A stretch of DNA of 53,380 nt from a virus. Shown here piece by piece: positions 44,814-53,380 of the stretch. A program made the position numbers and the translations under genes. The stretch is from the IMG/VR virus record IMGVR_UViG_3300045988_159805; one strand, written 5' to 3'. Under the pieces are notes generated by a model. The model ran no database searches. It was not told where the DNA came from and was given only the letters and a program-made list of their open reading frames with translations. Numbering within the stretch: the stretch's first letter is position 1; every line of letters starts with the position of its first letter.

Positions 44814-47375
44814 ATGATAGTGTACAAAATAGCTGCAATTCCAGATATCACTCTAAGCAAATATCAGGCCTATGCAGAATCAGGCGTTGAGGGCATGATA
44901 AAAACACAACTGCAATTCATTCGAATGGTGCATAGAATTATTGCGTTGGACCGTATTCATGTACACTATATTTTTGATTATGATCCAGAAAAAAGTTTAG
45001 GCAATCGTTTGAGCATTTATATTGCGTTTTCAAAAGAAAATGACACCGCATCTGTCATTGAAGAAAAGCTAAAGAAGATTGTACTTTCATCAAATATTTC
45101 GAAGTACTTCTTCTTTCAGGAAGTCTCTGATGATTTAATTCCATCTAAAGAATACGTGTATCGGTCTGTTCTGTATAAAAAAGAGCGCTCTTTAGACGTA
45201 AATGTTGGAGAACAGACGCAAAAATTTTATGTTGTTCCAAATTGGGAAATTAACGAGGAAGCTCGTTTGTATAACTTGATTACATTAATGGCATCTCTGA
45301 ATGAGCGTTGTTGCTATTGCGTTGATTTTGGAGTTCCGCTTAATATCGTAGAAGATGTACATAAAAGTTTTGAAAAGCCTTTGAGCTTTTTGAGGAACTA
45401 TTCAACTCAAGATGGTCCTGCACTTAGTGATGCTAAAAAAAGTCAAAAAAATCGAAGAGATCCTAATGTTGATGAAGTTATAAAACAATATGAGGACTGG
45501 ATAAAAAAAGTTGATACTTCGTTAGTATATCGCTGTAGGATACAATCACTTTCGGACAGCAGTTCTACTAGTATAATCCTTTTGAATGCGGTTATAACGG
45601 AATCAATTGAAAGTGGAAATGCAGCTACAAAATTAGAAAAAGGAAGTTTTACGCCTTTCTCAAATTGGAATAGCTATCCAGAAGGGTATCATCTTGGAAA
45701 TGCACCAGTTTCTTTACAGGACTGGACAACTACATTTACAGTTGAAGAACTTTGTGCATTTACGTGCTTACCTGTTTTGTATGATGGAGAAACGGTTGAG
45801 ATACCAAAAGAAACCGCAATGGTGGCTGAAACTAGTGGCATCTATTTAGGCAATGACAATAATCTTCATGAGATAATGATCCCGGAAAAGATGTTAGTGA
45901 AACATATGTTCGTTTGCGGCGTGCCTGGATCAGGAAAAACCAACACAATGCTGCATTTGGCAAACAGCCTGTGGAAGAAAAAAATACCTTTTCTTGTTTT
46001 AGAGCCAGCTAAGAAAGAGTATCGGGAATTATCGTTATTTCAAATTCCGGAATTACTGATTTTTTCTCCTTCGGCAAATACAAATTTTCCGTTAGAAATC
46101 AATCCCTTTGAGTTTCCTAAGGGATTGACCTTGTCAGAACATATTGAAAGTTTGTGTAAAGTATTTGAAGGCGCTTTTCCTATGCCGTCGCCTTCTCCCA
46201 AAATACTGAGTACTTCTATTCAGGCTGTTTATGAAAAGCATGGATGGAGTTATAAAGATGTAAACACAGGTACTAAAGAATACCCTACATTATCTGAATT
46301 GTATAAGCAATTCGAAGAAGAAATGTCCAAGACATCATATGATGGGGAAATGAAGGGCAATGTGCAGGCAGTTCTTCAAGTGCGAATAGGAAGTCTGCTG
46401 GAACGTGAACGCAAAGAAATTTTTGATGTAAAAAAATCTGTGATTGACCCGGAAGAATGGCTCACAAAACCAATTATTATTGAGTTGGAGTCTTTAGGTG
46501 AGGGCCCTGCAAATTTCGTAACACTTTTATTGTGTACATTGATAAGAGAAACGTTAAAGGCAGATCCTTTGAAGGAAAAGGAAAAGAAGATACGTCACGT
46601 TATTTTTATCGAAGAAGCACATAATTTAATTGCTCAAAAGGCACAGGTCGATGCAGAAGATTCTAACCCCAAAATAGCGGCTACTGCATTTATTGTTAAA
46701 ATGCTTGCAGAAGTACGTGCATTAAGAGAAGGAATTATTATTGCAGATCAGCTGCCAACGGCTATGGCGCCGGAAGTTATAAAAAACACGAATATTAAAT
46801 TGGTCCATCGTTTAACATCGGGCGATGACAGAGAATTGGTTGGCAGCACAATGTCGGCTAGTCCGTTGCAAATGGAGAATATGGCTACATATCTCCCTGG
46901 ACAAGCGTTATTTAGCTACGAAAAGTTGTTAAAACCATTTGAAATGCGAGTTTGCACGGTAGAAGAACATGGAGAAAAAACTCCAAATGACAAAGAATTG
47001 TTTGAAATCATGCAGAAAAAACCTGGATTTAGCAACTTGCAGAAAAGAAGAGTCAATAATGCGTTTGATGCTTTGAAAAAAGAAACAGATCGATTATATA
47101 AAGAAGAAACAGATATGATTGAGGAACTGTTTCGAAGTGAAGAAAATAAAAGAATATCCAGGTCAGTTGCAAAGCCGTATTTAGAATCTTGTTCGAATAT
47201 TTTTGTTGAAATCATGAAAAAGCAAAATGAAATCGATATAGAATATCAAAAACTATTTAGTGAAATTGATTTCTTAGATCAAGGAATATTTACGGATTAT
47301 TATGTCGTAAATAGAAGTATTGGACAGAGATTTAAGAAGGCGTATGGTGCGTTTTGTTCTAGATTAAACGGCTAA
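44814..47375 (+). CDS. HerA/FtsK-superfamily (DUF87-like) ATPase with a large unassigned N-terminal domain
   Basis: Start chosen by AGAGGA spacing. Walker A FVCGVPGSGKTNT. Walker B HVIFIEEAHNL. Downstream GIIIADQLPTAMAPEVIKNTNIKLVHRL is typical of HerA-like ATPases. The first ~370 aa have no motif I recognise. Confidence 0.7.
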   Translation: MIVYKIAAIPDITLSKYQAYAESGVEGMIKTQLQFIRMVHRIIALDRIHVHYIFDYDPEKSLGNRLSIYIAFSKENDTASVIEEKLKKIVLSSNISKYFFFQEVSDDLIPSKEYVYRSVLYKKERSLDVNVGEQTQKFYVVPNWEINEEARLYNLITLMASLNERCCYCVDFGVPLNIVEDVHKSFEKPLSFLRNYSTQDGPALSDAKKSQKNRRDPNVDEVIKQYEDWIKKVDTSLVYRCRIQSLSDSSSTSIILLNAVITESIESGNAATKLEKGSFTPFSNWNSYPEGYHLGNAPVSLQDWTTTFTVEELCAFTCLPVLYDGETVEIPKETAMVAETSGIYLGNDNNLHEIMIPEKMLVKHMFVCGVPGSGKTNTMLHLANSLWKKKIPFLVLEPAKKEYRELSLFQIPELLIFSPSANTNFPLEINPFEFPKGLTLSEHIESLCKVFEGAFPMPSPSPKILSTSIQAVYEKHGWSYKDVNTGTKEYPTLSELYKQFEEEMSKTSYDGEMKGNVQAVLQVRIGSLLERERKEIFDVKKSVIDPEEWLTKPIIIELESLGEGPANFVTLLLCTLIRETLKADPLKEKEKKIRHVIFIEEAHNLIAQKAQVDAEDSNPKIAATAFIVKMLAEVRALREGIIIADQLPTAMAPEVIKNTNIKLVHRLTSGDDRELVGSTMSASPLQMENMATYLPGQALFSYEKLLKPFEMRVCTVEEHGEKTPNDKELFEIMQKKPGFSNLQKRRVNNAFDALKKETDRLYKEETDMIEELFRSEENKRISRSVAKPYLESCSNIFVEIMKKQNEIDIEYQKLFSEIDFLDQGIFTDYYVVNRSIGQRFKKAYGAFCSRLNG

Positions 47376-47394
47376 AGAGAAAGGAATGATAGAT

Positions 47395-47877
47395 ATGGCT
47401 GGAAATAAAAGCTTAGAAACCAGAAAAAACAAGGTGAGTGAAATCGGCAAAAATATTGAAAAAAAGTCAGAAAGACTTTCAGAATTGCAGGAGGCTAAAG
47501 AGGCTGCAAGAGAATGGAGAATGCAAATAGAAAACAATGAAAATTTAGACGAAGAAGAAAGAAAGCAGGCAAGTGAAGTCTCAAACGAAAGATATGAAGC
47601 AATTTCAAAAGAAGCCTCAGAAGTTTCTAGTGAGGTAGGAGAAGACTTAAAAGAATTAGAAGATCTTAGAAATGAAACAAATGAATCGCTGGAAGCAGCT
47701 CAAAATGCGAAAAGTTCTGAAGATGATCTGGTAAGAACTTGCTCTGAACATGGGATTATTGTTCCAAAATCTAAGAGCTTAGACAGCAATATAAGAGGAA
47801 ATGAAAATCTGTTAAATGAAATAATTGAAAAAATGGGAAATGCAGAAGATATTGCAACTAAATTGGGTACTTTGTGA
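47395..47877 (+). CDS. acidic coiled-coil protein
   Basis: Glu/Lys-rich heptad-like sequence. The start is 47386 or 47395. Confidence 0.55.
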   Translation: MAGNKSLETRKNKVSEIGKNIEKKSERLSELQEAKEAAREWRMQIENNENLDEEERKQASEVSNERYEAISKEASEVSSEVGEDLKELEDLRNETNESLEAAQNAKSSEDDLVRTCSEHGIIVPKSKSLDSNIRGNENLLNEIIEKMGNAEDIATKLGTL

Positions 47878-47895
47878 AATGAATCTTTTTCTGCA

Positions 47896-48558
47896 ATGAC
47901 GTTCACAGAGAGAATGTCTTCTATGTTAAACCCGGATGTTTTATCTGCTGCAATAAAAGAACAGCAAAGCGCAGAAGATACAGGTTCTTATGGACGTTTG
48001 AAAAGAGATCAGAACATATGGAATCCGGATGGAAAGATCTCATCTGACCAGAACTCGCACACTTTGGGGGAAAAGACATTTCAAAGAGCATATTCAGATA
48101 TAAAAGTTGCAAAAGGAAATGCGACTGAGGAAGCGGTTTGTTATTCCCTAAAGGATCAGTTCTCTTCAATTGAAACACAGAGAAAAATAGATCTGGAAAA
48201 AAACACCTATACCAAATCGGATATCATAGCAACCCATGCAAATCAAAATATTCAGATCGGGGATATCTCTATAAAAGAAGGAGAGTCTATGGGTGTTGAA
48301 GTTAAGTGCGGAGAAGCGGCGTATCTTTCATCTCAAATATCGCACATTGATAAGCAATTAAGTGGATTTGATGTTTATGAAAGACAAGACGAATCTGTAA
48401 AGTTTCACAAGGTCGTTATGGTAACAGCAGACTACTATCAAATGTCAGATTCTTCAAAGGGACATCTGAATGATGTTGTGAAAAGTCACAATGCGTGTAT
48501 TCATGTTCTTCCATTTTTTGCAAATGACATAACGCAGACGATGGCGAGAATGGAATAA
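47896..48558 (+). CDS. hypothetical protein, possible PD-(D/E)xK nuclease fold
   Basis: Candidate core ...KSDIIATH...(27 aa)...GVEVKCG (D...ExK). The RBS is weak and the start is uncertain. Confidence 0.45.
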   Translation: MTFTERMSSMLNPDVLSAAIKEQQSAEDTGSYGRLKRDQNIWNPDGKISSDQNSHTLGEKTFQRAYSDIKVAKGNATEEAVCYSLKDQFSSIETQRKIDLEKNTYTKSDIIATHANQNIQIGDISIKEGESMGVEVKCGEAAYLSSQISHIDKQLSGFDVYERQDESVKFHKVVMVTADYYQMSDSSKGHLNDVVKSHNACIHVLPFFANDITQTMARME

Positions 48559-48590
48559 TAAAAATAATCAATAAGGAGGCTTTTTTATTT

Positions 48591-50384
48591 ATGGGATTAT
48601 TAGATTTAGCAGGAAAAGCAATTGGTGGTGCGGTGAATTTCACAGCAAGTGTAGCAAAAGAAGCGTATGATGCCTCAGTGGAGGATAAAATCGCACAAGA
48701 AACAAGTACCTCTGTAGATTCAGTTACAAATTCAATTGTGCAAATGCGATCCAATTGGACGGCTGCTGCAAATGACGTGAAAAAAAGAAAAGCAGAGGAA
48801 CTTTATCAGGAAGGCTTAAAAAAAGCCACGCATCAAATAACTGAATTTATTGGAACGACAGGCGTCAGAACAAAAGCATTTAATCTATATTATAGATTCT
48901 TAACCAATAATGCAGAACTTAGCGAATTAGCAAAATATGTGGATGGAATTTATAATGCTGTCCTGGACAAAGAAGAATCGTCTTACTTAAAAAAAGCACA
49001 GGAAAGTTCAGAATATAAAACTATATTTAACGAAGTACAAAAATCTTGGGTCAACGAAATAAAAAATGTGATTACGGAAAATCTAAAGGGAAACGACGTA
49101 TTATGCCACACTGACAAACAAGACAAAAGAATACCTTTTGTGGGAATATCAATGTTCTTAATAGATGGTTTCTATCTTTTCTTATTGCTGAAAAAAATCA
49201 CAAACGATTTTAAGTACGATGATATGATGGAAATAGTCTCCACATATTGCAAACGAAATCTGTATCTACTGAATGCGCTTTCAGAAAATGAATATGGAGA
49301 TTTTAATATTAACATAGGAGATAAACTTCTGGATGATGGACACACCTATGCTGCTATGGCAAAAGATGCAGTTATAGAAGCAAGACAGCATTTATCTGAC
49401 AATGAAACCGGATTTTTTGAAGGAATGAAAAAGTACTTGATTCCTTCACTTATAGAAAACACGAGTGTAAACCTTTGGCACTATGCAATGCAAAAACCGT
49501 TTGATCAAAAAAAGTTTAACGATGCAGTCGAAAATCGAAATTTCTTTACAGCAACGGCAGGAAATGATTTTGAAGTTGTTTTGGCGGAACTATATGTAAA
49601 AAACCAATTGGGTGGAAGTGAGCTTGTTCTTCAAAACCTAGATGAGATTTTGAAAGAGGCATCAGTTTCTAATCCCGGATATGCAAGAAGCCTATGCTCT
49701 TTTCTTGCATGGATGGAATGCTATGATCTTGAGTATGAAGTTTTGAAACGAACTGTGGCAAATAAAATCCAACTGTCAGAAGAAATGCAAAAGCGTTTAT
49801 CGTTCCTGGCTGACGGCGGAAAAACAGCGGCAATTAAAATATATCATGTGGATGATCCATCTGCATTTTGCTTTGACACACATTCACTTGAATGGGGTAG
49901 TGCTGAATTTGAAATGCTGTTTCGTAAGCTAAAAGCAAGCAACACAAAATTGGATTATGCACTTGTTATAAAAGGGTGGCATAAACCTTTTCCCATTCAG
50001 TATGGAAAGAAATTTCATATTGAAGCGTTAGAGCGAGAATTTGAAAATCTTTTGTCAGATTTTAGCGGAGAGGTTCTTTTAGAAAAAAAATCTGCCCATG
50101 CTCTGAATGTAAACAACATGAATTATGATACGTCATATGTTTTTCATTTTACTTCTGAACGAAATCGTGGTGTAAATGTTCTGTTTGAATGCGAGAAATT
50201 CGGACGTAATTTACAACTGAATATTCTAGTTACATTTTTACCAGACAGTGATATGAGTTATGATGATATGTTGCAGTATGCACTGTCAGCAAAAGACAGC
50301 GTTTATGTAAAAAGTTTCCTGGAATCAATTTTGCAGGCAATTGATTCTTCATTGACCGCAAATTCTGCATCGATTTATGACTAA
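48591..50384 (+). CDS. 597-aa protein of unknown function, paralogue of 51152-52978
   Basis: AAGGAGG RBS. Alignable by eye with the last gene, e.g. FLAWMECYDLEYEVLKR versus ALAWMELYDIELMVLKK, and FHFTSERNRGVNVLFECEKFGRNLQLNILV versus FHFISERNRCISMLFHAEKFGKNLNITILT. Confidence 0.65.
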   Translation: MGLLDLAGKAIGGAVNFTASVAKEAYDASVEDKIAQETSTSVDSVTNSIVQMRSNWTAAANDVKKRKAEELYQEGLKKATHQITEFIGTTGVRTKAFNLYYRFLTNNAELSELAKYVDGIYNAVLDKEESSYLKKAQESSEYKTIFNEVQKSWVNEIKNVITENLKGNDVLCHTDKQDKRIPFVGISMFLIDGFYLFLLLKKITNDFKYDDMMEIVSTYCKRNLYLLNALSENEYGDFNINIGDKLLDDGHTYAAMAKDAVIEARQHLSDNETGFFEGMKKYLIPSLIENTSVNLWHYAMQKPFDQKKFNDAVENRNFFTATAGNDFEVVLAELYVKNQLGGSELVLQNLDEILKEASVSNPGYARSLCSFLAWMECYDLEYEVLKRTVANKIQLSEEMQKRLSFLADGGKTAAIKIYHVDDPSAFCFDTHSLEWGSAEFEMLFRKLKASNTKLDYALVIKGWHKPFPIQYGKKFHIEALEREFENLLSDFSGEVLLEKKSAHALNVNNMNYDTSYVFHFTSERNRGVNVLFECEKFGRNLQLNILVTFLPDSDMSYDDMLQYALSAKDSVYVKSFLESILQAIDSSLTANSASIYD

Positions 50385-50402
50385 TAAGAAGGTGATGTTA
50401 AA

Positions 50403-51134
50403 ATGAATGAAGAAAGAACACTGACAAAAGAACAGCAGCAGGCATTTGAAGAGATGCTTCAAGAAAAAACCTATTGCGGTGATGCGTTTTCAGCTTTTCG
50501 CTTGTTCACTAATTATTTGAAGGGAACAAATGGGTTCCGAAAAGATCCAGACAAGGCGTTTGAATATTTGAAAATCTCATCAGACTTAGGCTATCCACAC
50601 GCAATTAACCTTCTGAAATTGTTGTATAGTGGAAATGACTTGTATGGCTTAAAAATTGAACGTGATTTAAGAAAACGAATAGAGTGCCTTGAAAAATTAA
50701 GTGTTGCAGATCAACTCTTTGATTTTTCGACTGTGACGGAAGAAGAGCGAAATGAATTTTACCAGATGGAGTGGAATGCTCTGGCTGAACTAGGGCGGTT
50801 ATATATACTTGATTCTACTTTATATGAGGAAGATAACTATAAAGGTTATTGCCTTTCATTGTATGTAGCAGGACAGAAAGGAACACCAGAGTCGTTGTGT
50901 ATGCTGGGCTACTATTTTGATTGTTACAGACCTCCACAGTATGTACCATCGAATACCTTATTAAAAAAACGTGGGAATCTGGGAACTGCATTATATTACT
51001 ATGAGTGCGCAATCAATACAGATAATTCTAAGTATGCTAATCTTGCTTTAGAGCAGTATAATCGATTGGCAGAACAAATTAATGTGAGCGAAGGCAGAAC
51101 CGAAGAAAATATGATTCCATATTACAGAAGATAA
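50403..51134 (+). CDS. Sel1-like (SLR/TPR-type) repeat protein
   Basis: GFRKDPDKAFEYLKISSDLGYPHAINLLKLLYSG and further degenerate SLR units. Confidence 0.55.
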   Translation: MNEERTLTKEQQQAFEEMLQEKTYCGDAFSAFRLFTNYLKGTNGFRKDPDKAFEYLKISSDLGYPHAINLLKLLYSGNDLYGLKIERDLRKRIECLEKLSVADQLFDFSTVTEEERNEFYQMEWNALAELGRLYILDSTLYEEDNYKGYCLSLYVAGQKGTPESLCMLGYYFDCYRPPQYVPSNTLLKKRGNLGTALYYYECAINTDNSKYANLALEQYNRLAEQINVSEGRTEENMIPYYRR

Positions 51135-51151
51135 AGAAAAGAGGAAAAGAA

Positions 51152-52978
51152 ATGCTGGCATTTATTTTAATTGTAGGTGTATTAATTGCAATATACTTTA
51201 TTGTGAATAGTCAAAAAAGAAAAAAAGAGGAAGAACAGCGCCGATTAGAAAATGAACGAATAGCAAGAGAACAGCAAGAACAGGAAGCAAAACGTCTTGA
51301 GGCAGAGCGCATAGCAAAAGAAAAAAAGGAATTTGCCGAGGCAAAACATAAAGAATATGCGGATGTTCTAAGTGAACTTTATGATATGGGAATGAAAGAT
51401 GAAAATACATTTATCTCAACGGATGAACCGGCGTATAAAAAATTTATTTCTTGTCGGGAAAGTGCAATGCAACAGAAGGAAACAATGCAAATTTGGGGTG
51501 AGGAATACAAAAAATTTATTACAACGATCGACGATGATATAAAAAGTGAGATTTCAAGTATCGCTGCCCATTATCAAAGAATGCTTTTATCAGTACGCAT
51601 TGAATGGATCACTAGATATTTGAAAATCGTAAAGCTTGTTGTAAACACAAACGATTATGATGATACAATTCAAAAATTAAAAGAAACAGCAAAAACACTA
51701 AATCTTTTTTTGGAAAGTACATATTATATCGATCAACCATTCAATGACGAGCGTAATAGCTATGAATACGGCGTTTTTCATTTTTTGGAAGATAGTAGCG
51801 ATGAGGAAGTACGTCCAGAAGATTTATCAGCAGAAATATTAAGTTCAGATATGGATAAAGCTGAAGAACATTTCTCACAATTATATGAAATCGGAAAGGA
51901 AAAAGGTGTCAATTTCCAGATATACAAATCTTTGGCTGAATATATAACAGACGTTGACTATAGAAATAGTGCTATAGCGATGTGGTGCTTTGCTGCTAAT
52001 AAACCATTTGATGTTTCCAAATTTGAAAAGGCTTGTAAAATTTCTTCGTGGTATATAAGCTATGATGAAATTCAGTCCTTAGAGGTAATGATTGTACGGA
52101 TATACAACTGGAAATCTATTGGCGGCGCAAATGTTGTCAAGGAATATAGTCGAGATATTTTGAATTGGGTAGAGGAAACTGCGCAGTATTTCTCAGACCA
52201 AAAAACTGGGGAAAAGTATGGTTCATTAGTTTTCTACCATTTTGTATCTGCACTTGCATGGATGGAATTGTATGATATTGAATTGATGGTTTTGAAAAAA
52301 CTTGTAGATCTAAAAGTACAGCTCTGGGAAGATGCACAGGAACGTTTGAAATTTTTATCTTCTGGTGGTACAGCAAACGTACAGATTTATACGCCTGTAG
52401 AAAATGTCTTTTCGTTTGATACAAGTGCTGCTGAATGGAAGGATAATGAGATTGATGTATTCTTTAGAAAGATAAAAATGAAAAACATTCCATTGGAATA
52501 TTCTCTCGTTCGGAAAAAATGGACAAAAACATATCCGTTACAAACTGGACAGGAATATAGTGCAGATGCTCTGTATGCAGAATTTAGCAAGATGGTAGAC
52601 GATTTTGATGGAGAAGTAACGCTGACTCGAGAAGATGCAGTAGCTTTGAACACAAAAAATGTAAGATATTCTGATGCAATGATCTTTCATTTTATTTCCG
52701 AGAGAAATCGTTGTATTTCAATGCTGTTTCACGCAGAGAAATTTGGAAAAAATCTAAACATTACAATATTGACACTATTCACACCAGAAAAGAATGTTCC
52801 GGTTGAAGATCTTGAACGTTATGCCATTGCGATTAAAAATAATGTATACGCAGAGAGTTTTCAGGAATCAATTTTGGAATCTTTAGATAGGATTTTGAAA
52901 GTACAAACAGAAGCATATGAAGATACAACAACTACAAATGAAAATGCAGAAGTTGATTTCAGTGGATTTTTCGATTAA
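51152..52978 (+). CDS. 608-aa membrane-anchored coiled-coil protein, paralogue of 48591-50384
   Basis: N-terminal TM helix MLAFILIVGVLIAIYFIV, then an EEQRRLENERIAREQQEQEAKRLEAERIAKEKKE coiled coil. The C-terminal ~350 aa are homologous to the fourth gene. Confidence 0.65.
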   Translation: MLAFILIVGVLIAIYFIVNSQKRKKEEEQRRLENERIAREQQEQEAKRLEAERIAKEKKEFAEAKHKEYADVLSELYDMGMKDENTFISTDEPAYKKFISCRESAMQQKETMQIWGEEYKKFITTIDDDIKSEISSIAAHYQRMLLSVRIEWITRYLKIVKLVVNTNDYDDTIQKLKETAKTLNLFLESTYYIDQPFNDERNSYEYGVFHFLEDSSDEEVRPEDLSAEILSSDMDKAEEHFSQLYEIGKEKGVNFQIYKSLAEYITDVDYRNSAIAMWCFAANKPFDVSKFEKACKISSWYISYDEIQSLEVMIVRIYNWKSIGGANVVKEYSRDILNWVEETAQYFSDQKTGEKYGSLVFYHFVSALAWMELYDIELMVLKKLVDLKVQLWEDAQERLKFLSSGGTANVQIYTPVENVFSFDTSAAEWKDNEIDVFFRKIKMKNIPLEYSLVRKKWTKTYPLQTGQEYSADALYAEFSKMVDDFDGEVTLTREDAVALNTKNVRYSDAMIFHFISERNRCISMLFHAEKFGKNLNITILTLFTPEKNVPVEDLERYAIAIKNNVYAESFQESILESLDRILKVQTEAYEDTTTTNENAEVDFSGFFD

Positions 52979-53053
52979 AGCCGATGTATAACACATAAAA
53001 TCGCTCTAAAATACTGGCTATAGTCGCCATAAAACAACGATACACATTAAATC

Positions 53054-53083
53054 ATGAGCAGGAGAAAATCCTGCTCATTTTTT
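53054..53083 (+). terminator. intrinsic terminator of the island operon
   Basis: Stem ATGAGCAGGA/TCCTGCTCAT followed by T5. Confidence 0.75.
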
Positions 53084-53104
53084 GTCAATTTTCCAAAAAA
53101 ACCA

Positions 53105-53133
53105 TTGACAAACCAAATCAAAAGTGCTACAAT
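53105..53133 (+). promoter_or_regulatory. promoter of the terminal dockerin gene
   Basis: TTGACA(53105-53110)-17-TACAAT(53128-53133). Confidence 0.55.
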
Positions 53134-53227
53134 AAAAATAGATAAAAATCCCCGTGAAACCGGGAAAATTTATCTAAGAAAGGGAAAAACGGAGCGTGTG
53201 AACGCTCTCACCGAAAGGAGTATTTTT

Positions 53228-53380
53228 ATGAAAATGAGAAAGGTAATTTCAACCGTACTGGCAGGTGTGCTGGCATTGTCCGCACTTCCCATTTCTGCCA
53301 TGAGCGCCGGCGCTGAGGGAGCATATGCGCCGGGCGATGTGGATATGGATGGTGTTATCACCGGGCATGATGCAGCAGTG
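53228..53380 (+). CDS. 5' part of secreted dockerin-repeat protein (runs off window end), paralogue of the 1-153 gene
   Basis: AAAGGAG RBS. Translation MKMRKVISTVLAGVLALSALPISAMSAGAEGAYAPGDVDMDGVITGHDAAV. Confidence 0.7.
   Translation, partial: MKMRKVISTVLAGVLALSALPISAMSAGAEGAYAPGDVDMDGVITGHDAAV

Larger units (their letters stand above)
44330..53083 (+). other. AT-rich genomic island carrying a six-gene operon of unknown function (candidate novel system)
   Basis: Abrupt drop in G+C (roughly one third by eye, versus more than half in the flanks). One promoter, one terminator, six co-directional ORFs with 10-32 nt gaps. Confidence 0.7.

Noticed and set aside
44814-47375. Island ATPase as a conjugative VirB4 or type IV coupling protein, which would make the island an ICE remnant
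   Set aside because: No relaxase, other T4SS components, integrase or oriT-like features are present in the island. The EEAH Walker B and the ADQ...KLVHRL block look more HerA/DUF87-like. This remains an alternative that only profile or structure searches can exclude.

Overview
The window looks like a GC-rich Clostridia chromosome segment. The host is probably Ruminococcus-like or cellulosome/amylosome-bearing, inferred from several small secreted dockerin-repeat proteins. All product calls come from motif recognition by eye; no database search was run. ORF coordinates include the stop codon.

Layout:
- 1-3000: dockerin and lipoprotein genes.
- 3376-3900: a tandemly duplicated type-I toxin/antisense-RNA-like module.
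- 4112-42428: a tRNA-Thr(GGU) integration hot spot. The 45-nt tRNA 3' segment occurs three times and delimits two tandem elements.
  - A ~9.2 kb satellite/IME-like element (4157-13397). It has an integrase, XRE/Cro-like switch, Xis-like protein, DUF3987 replication protein, iteron cluster and sigma-like factor, but no structural genes.
  - A complete-looking ~28.9 kb HK97-type siphovirus prophage (13443-42352). It has an integrase, ImmA/XRE/Cro, replication genes, RusA, Lar-like anti-restriction proteins, HNH, TerS/TerL, portal, protease, capsid, tail, holin and a GH25 lysin.
- 42694-43800: a VanY-like peptidase.
- 44130-44212: tRNA-Leu(UAG).
- ~44.3-53.1 kb: a sharply AT-rich, single-promoter, single-terminator six-gene operon. 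It encodes a HerA/FtsK-class ATPase with an unrecognisable ~370-aa N-domain, an acidic coiled-coil protein, a PD-(D/E)xK-like protein, two large paralogous proteins (one membrane-anchored) and a Sel1-repeat protein.

I cannot assign this gene set to any named system, and it is my best candidate for an undescribed (defence/conflict) system. The two window ends are a 99-bp perfect inverted repeat inside paralogous dockerin genes.
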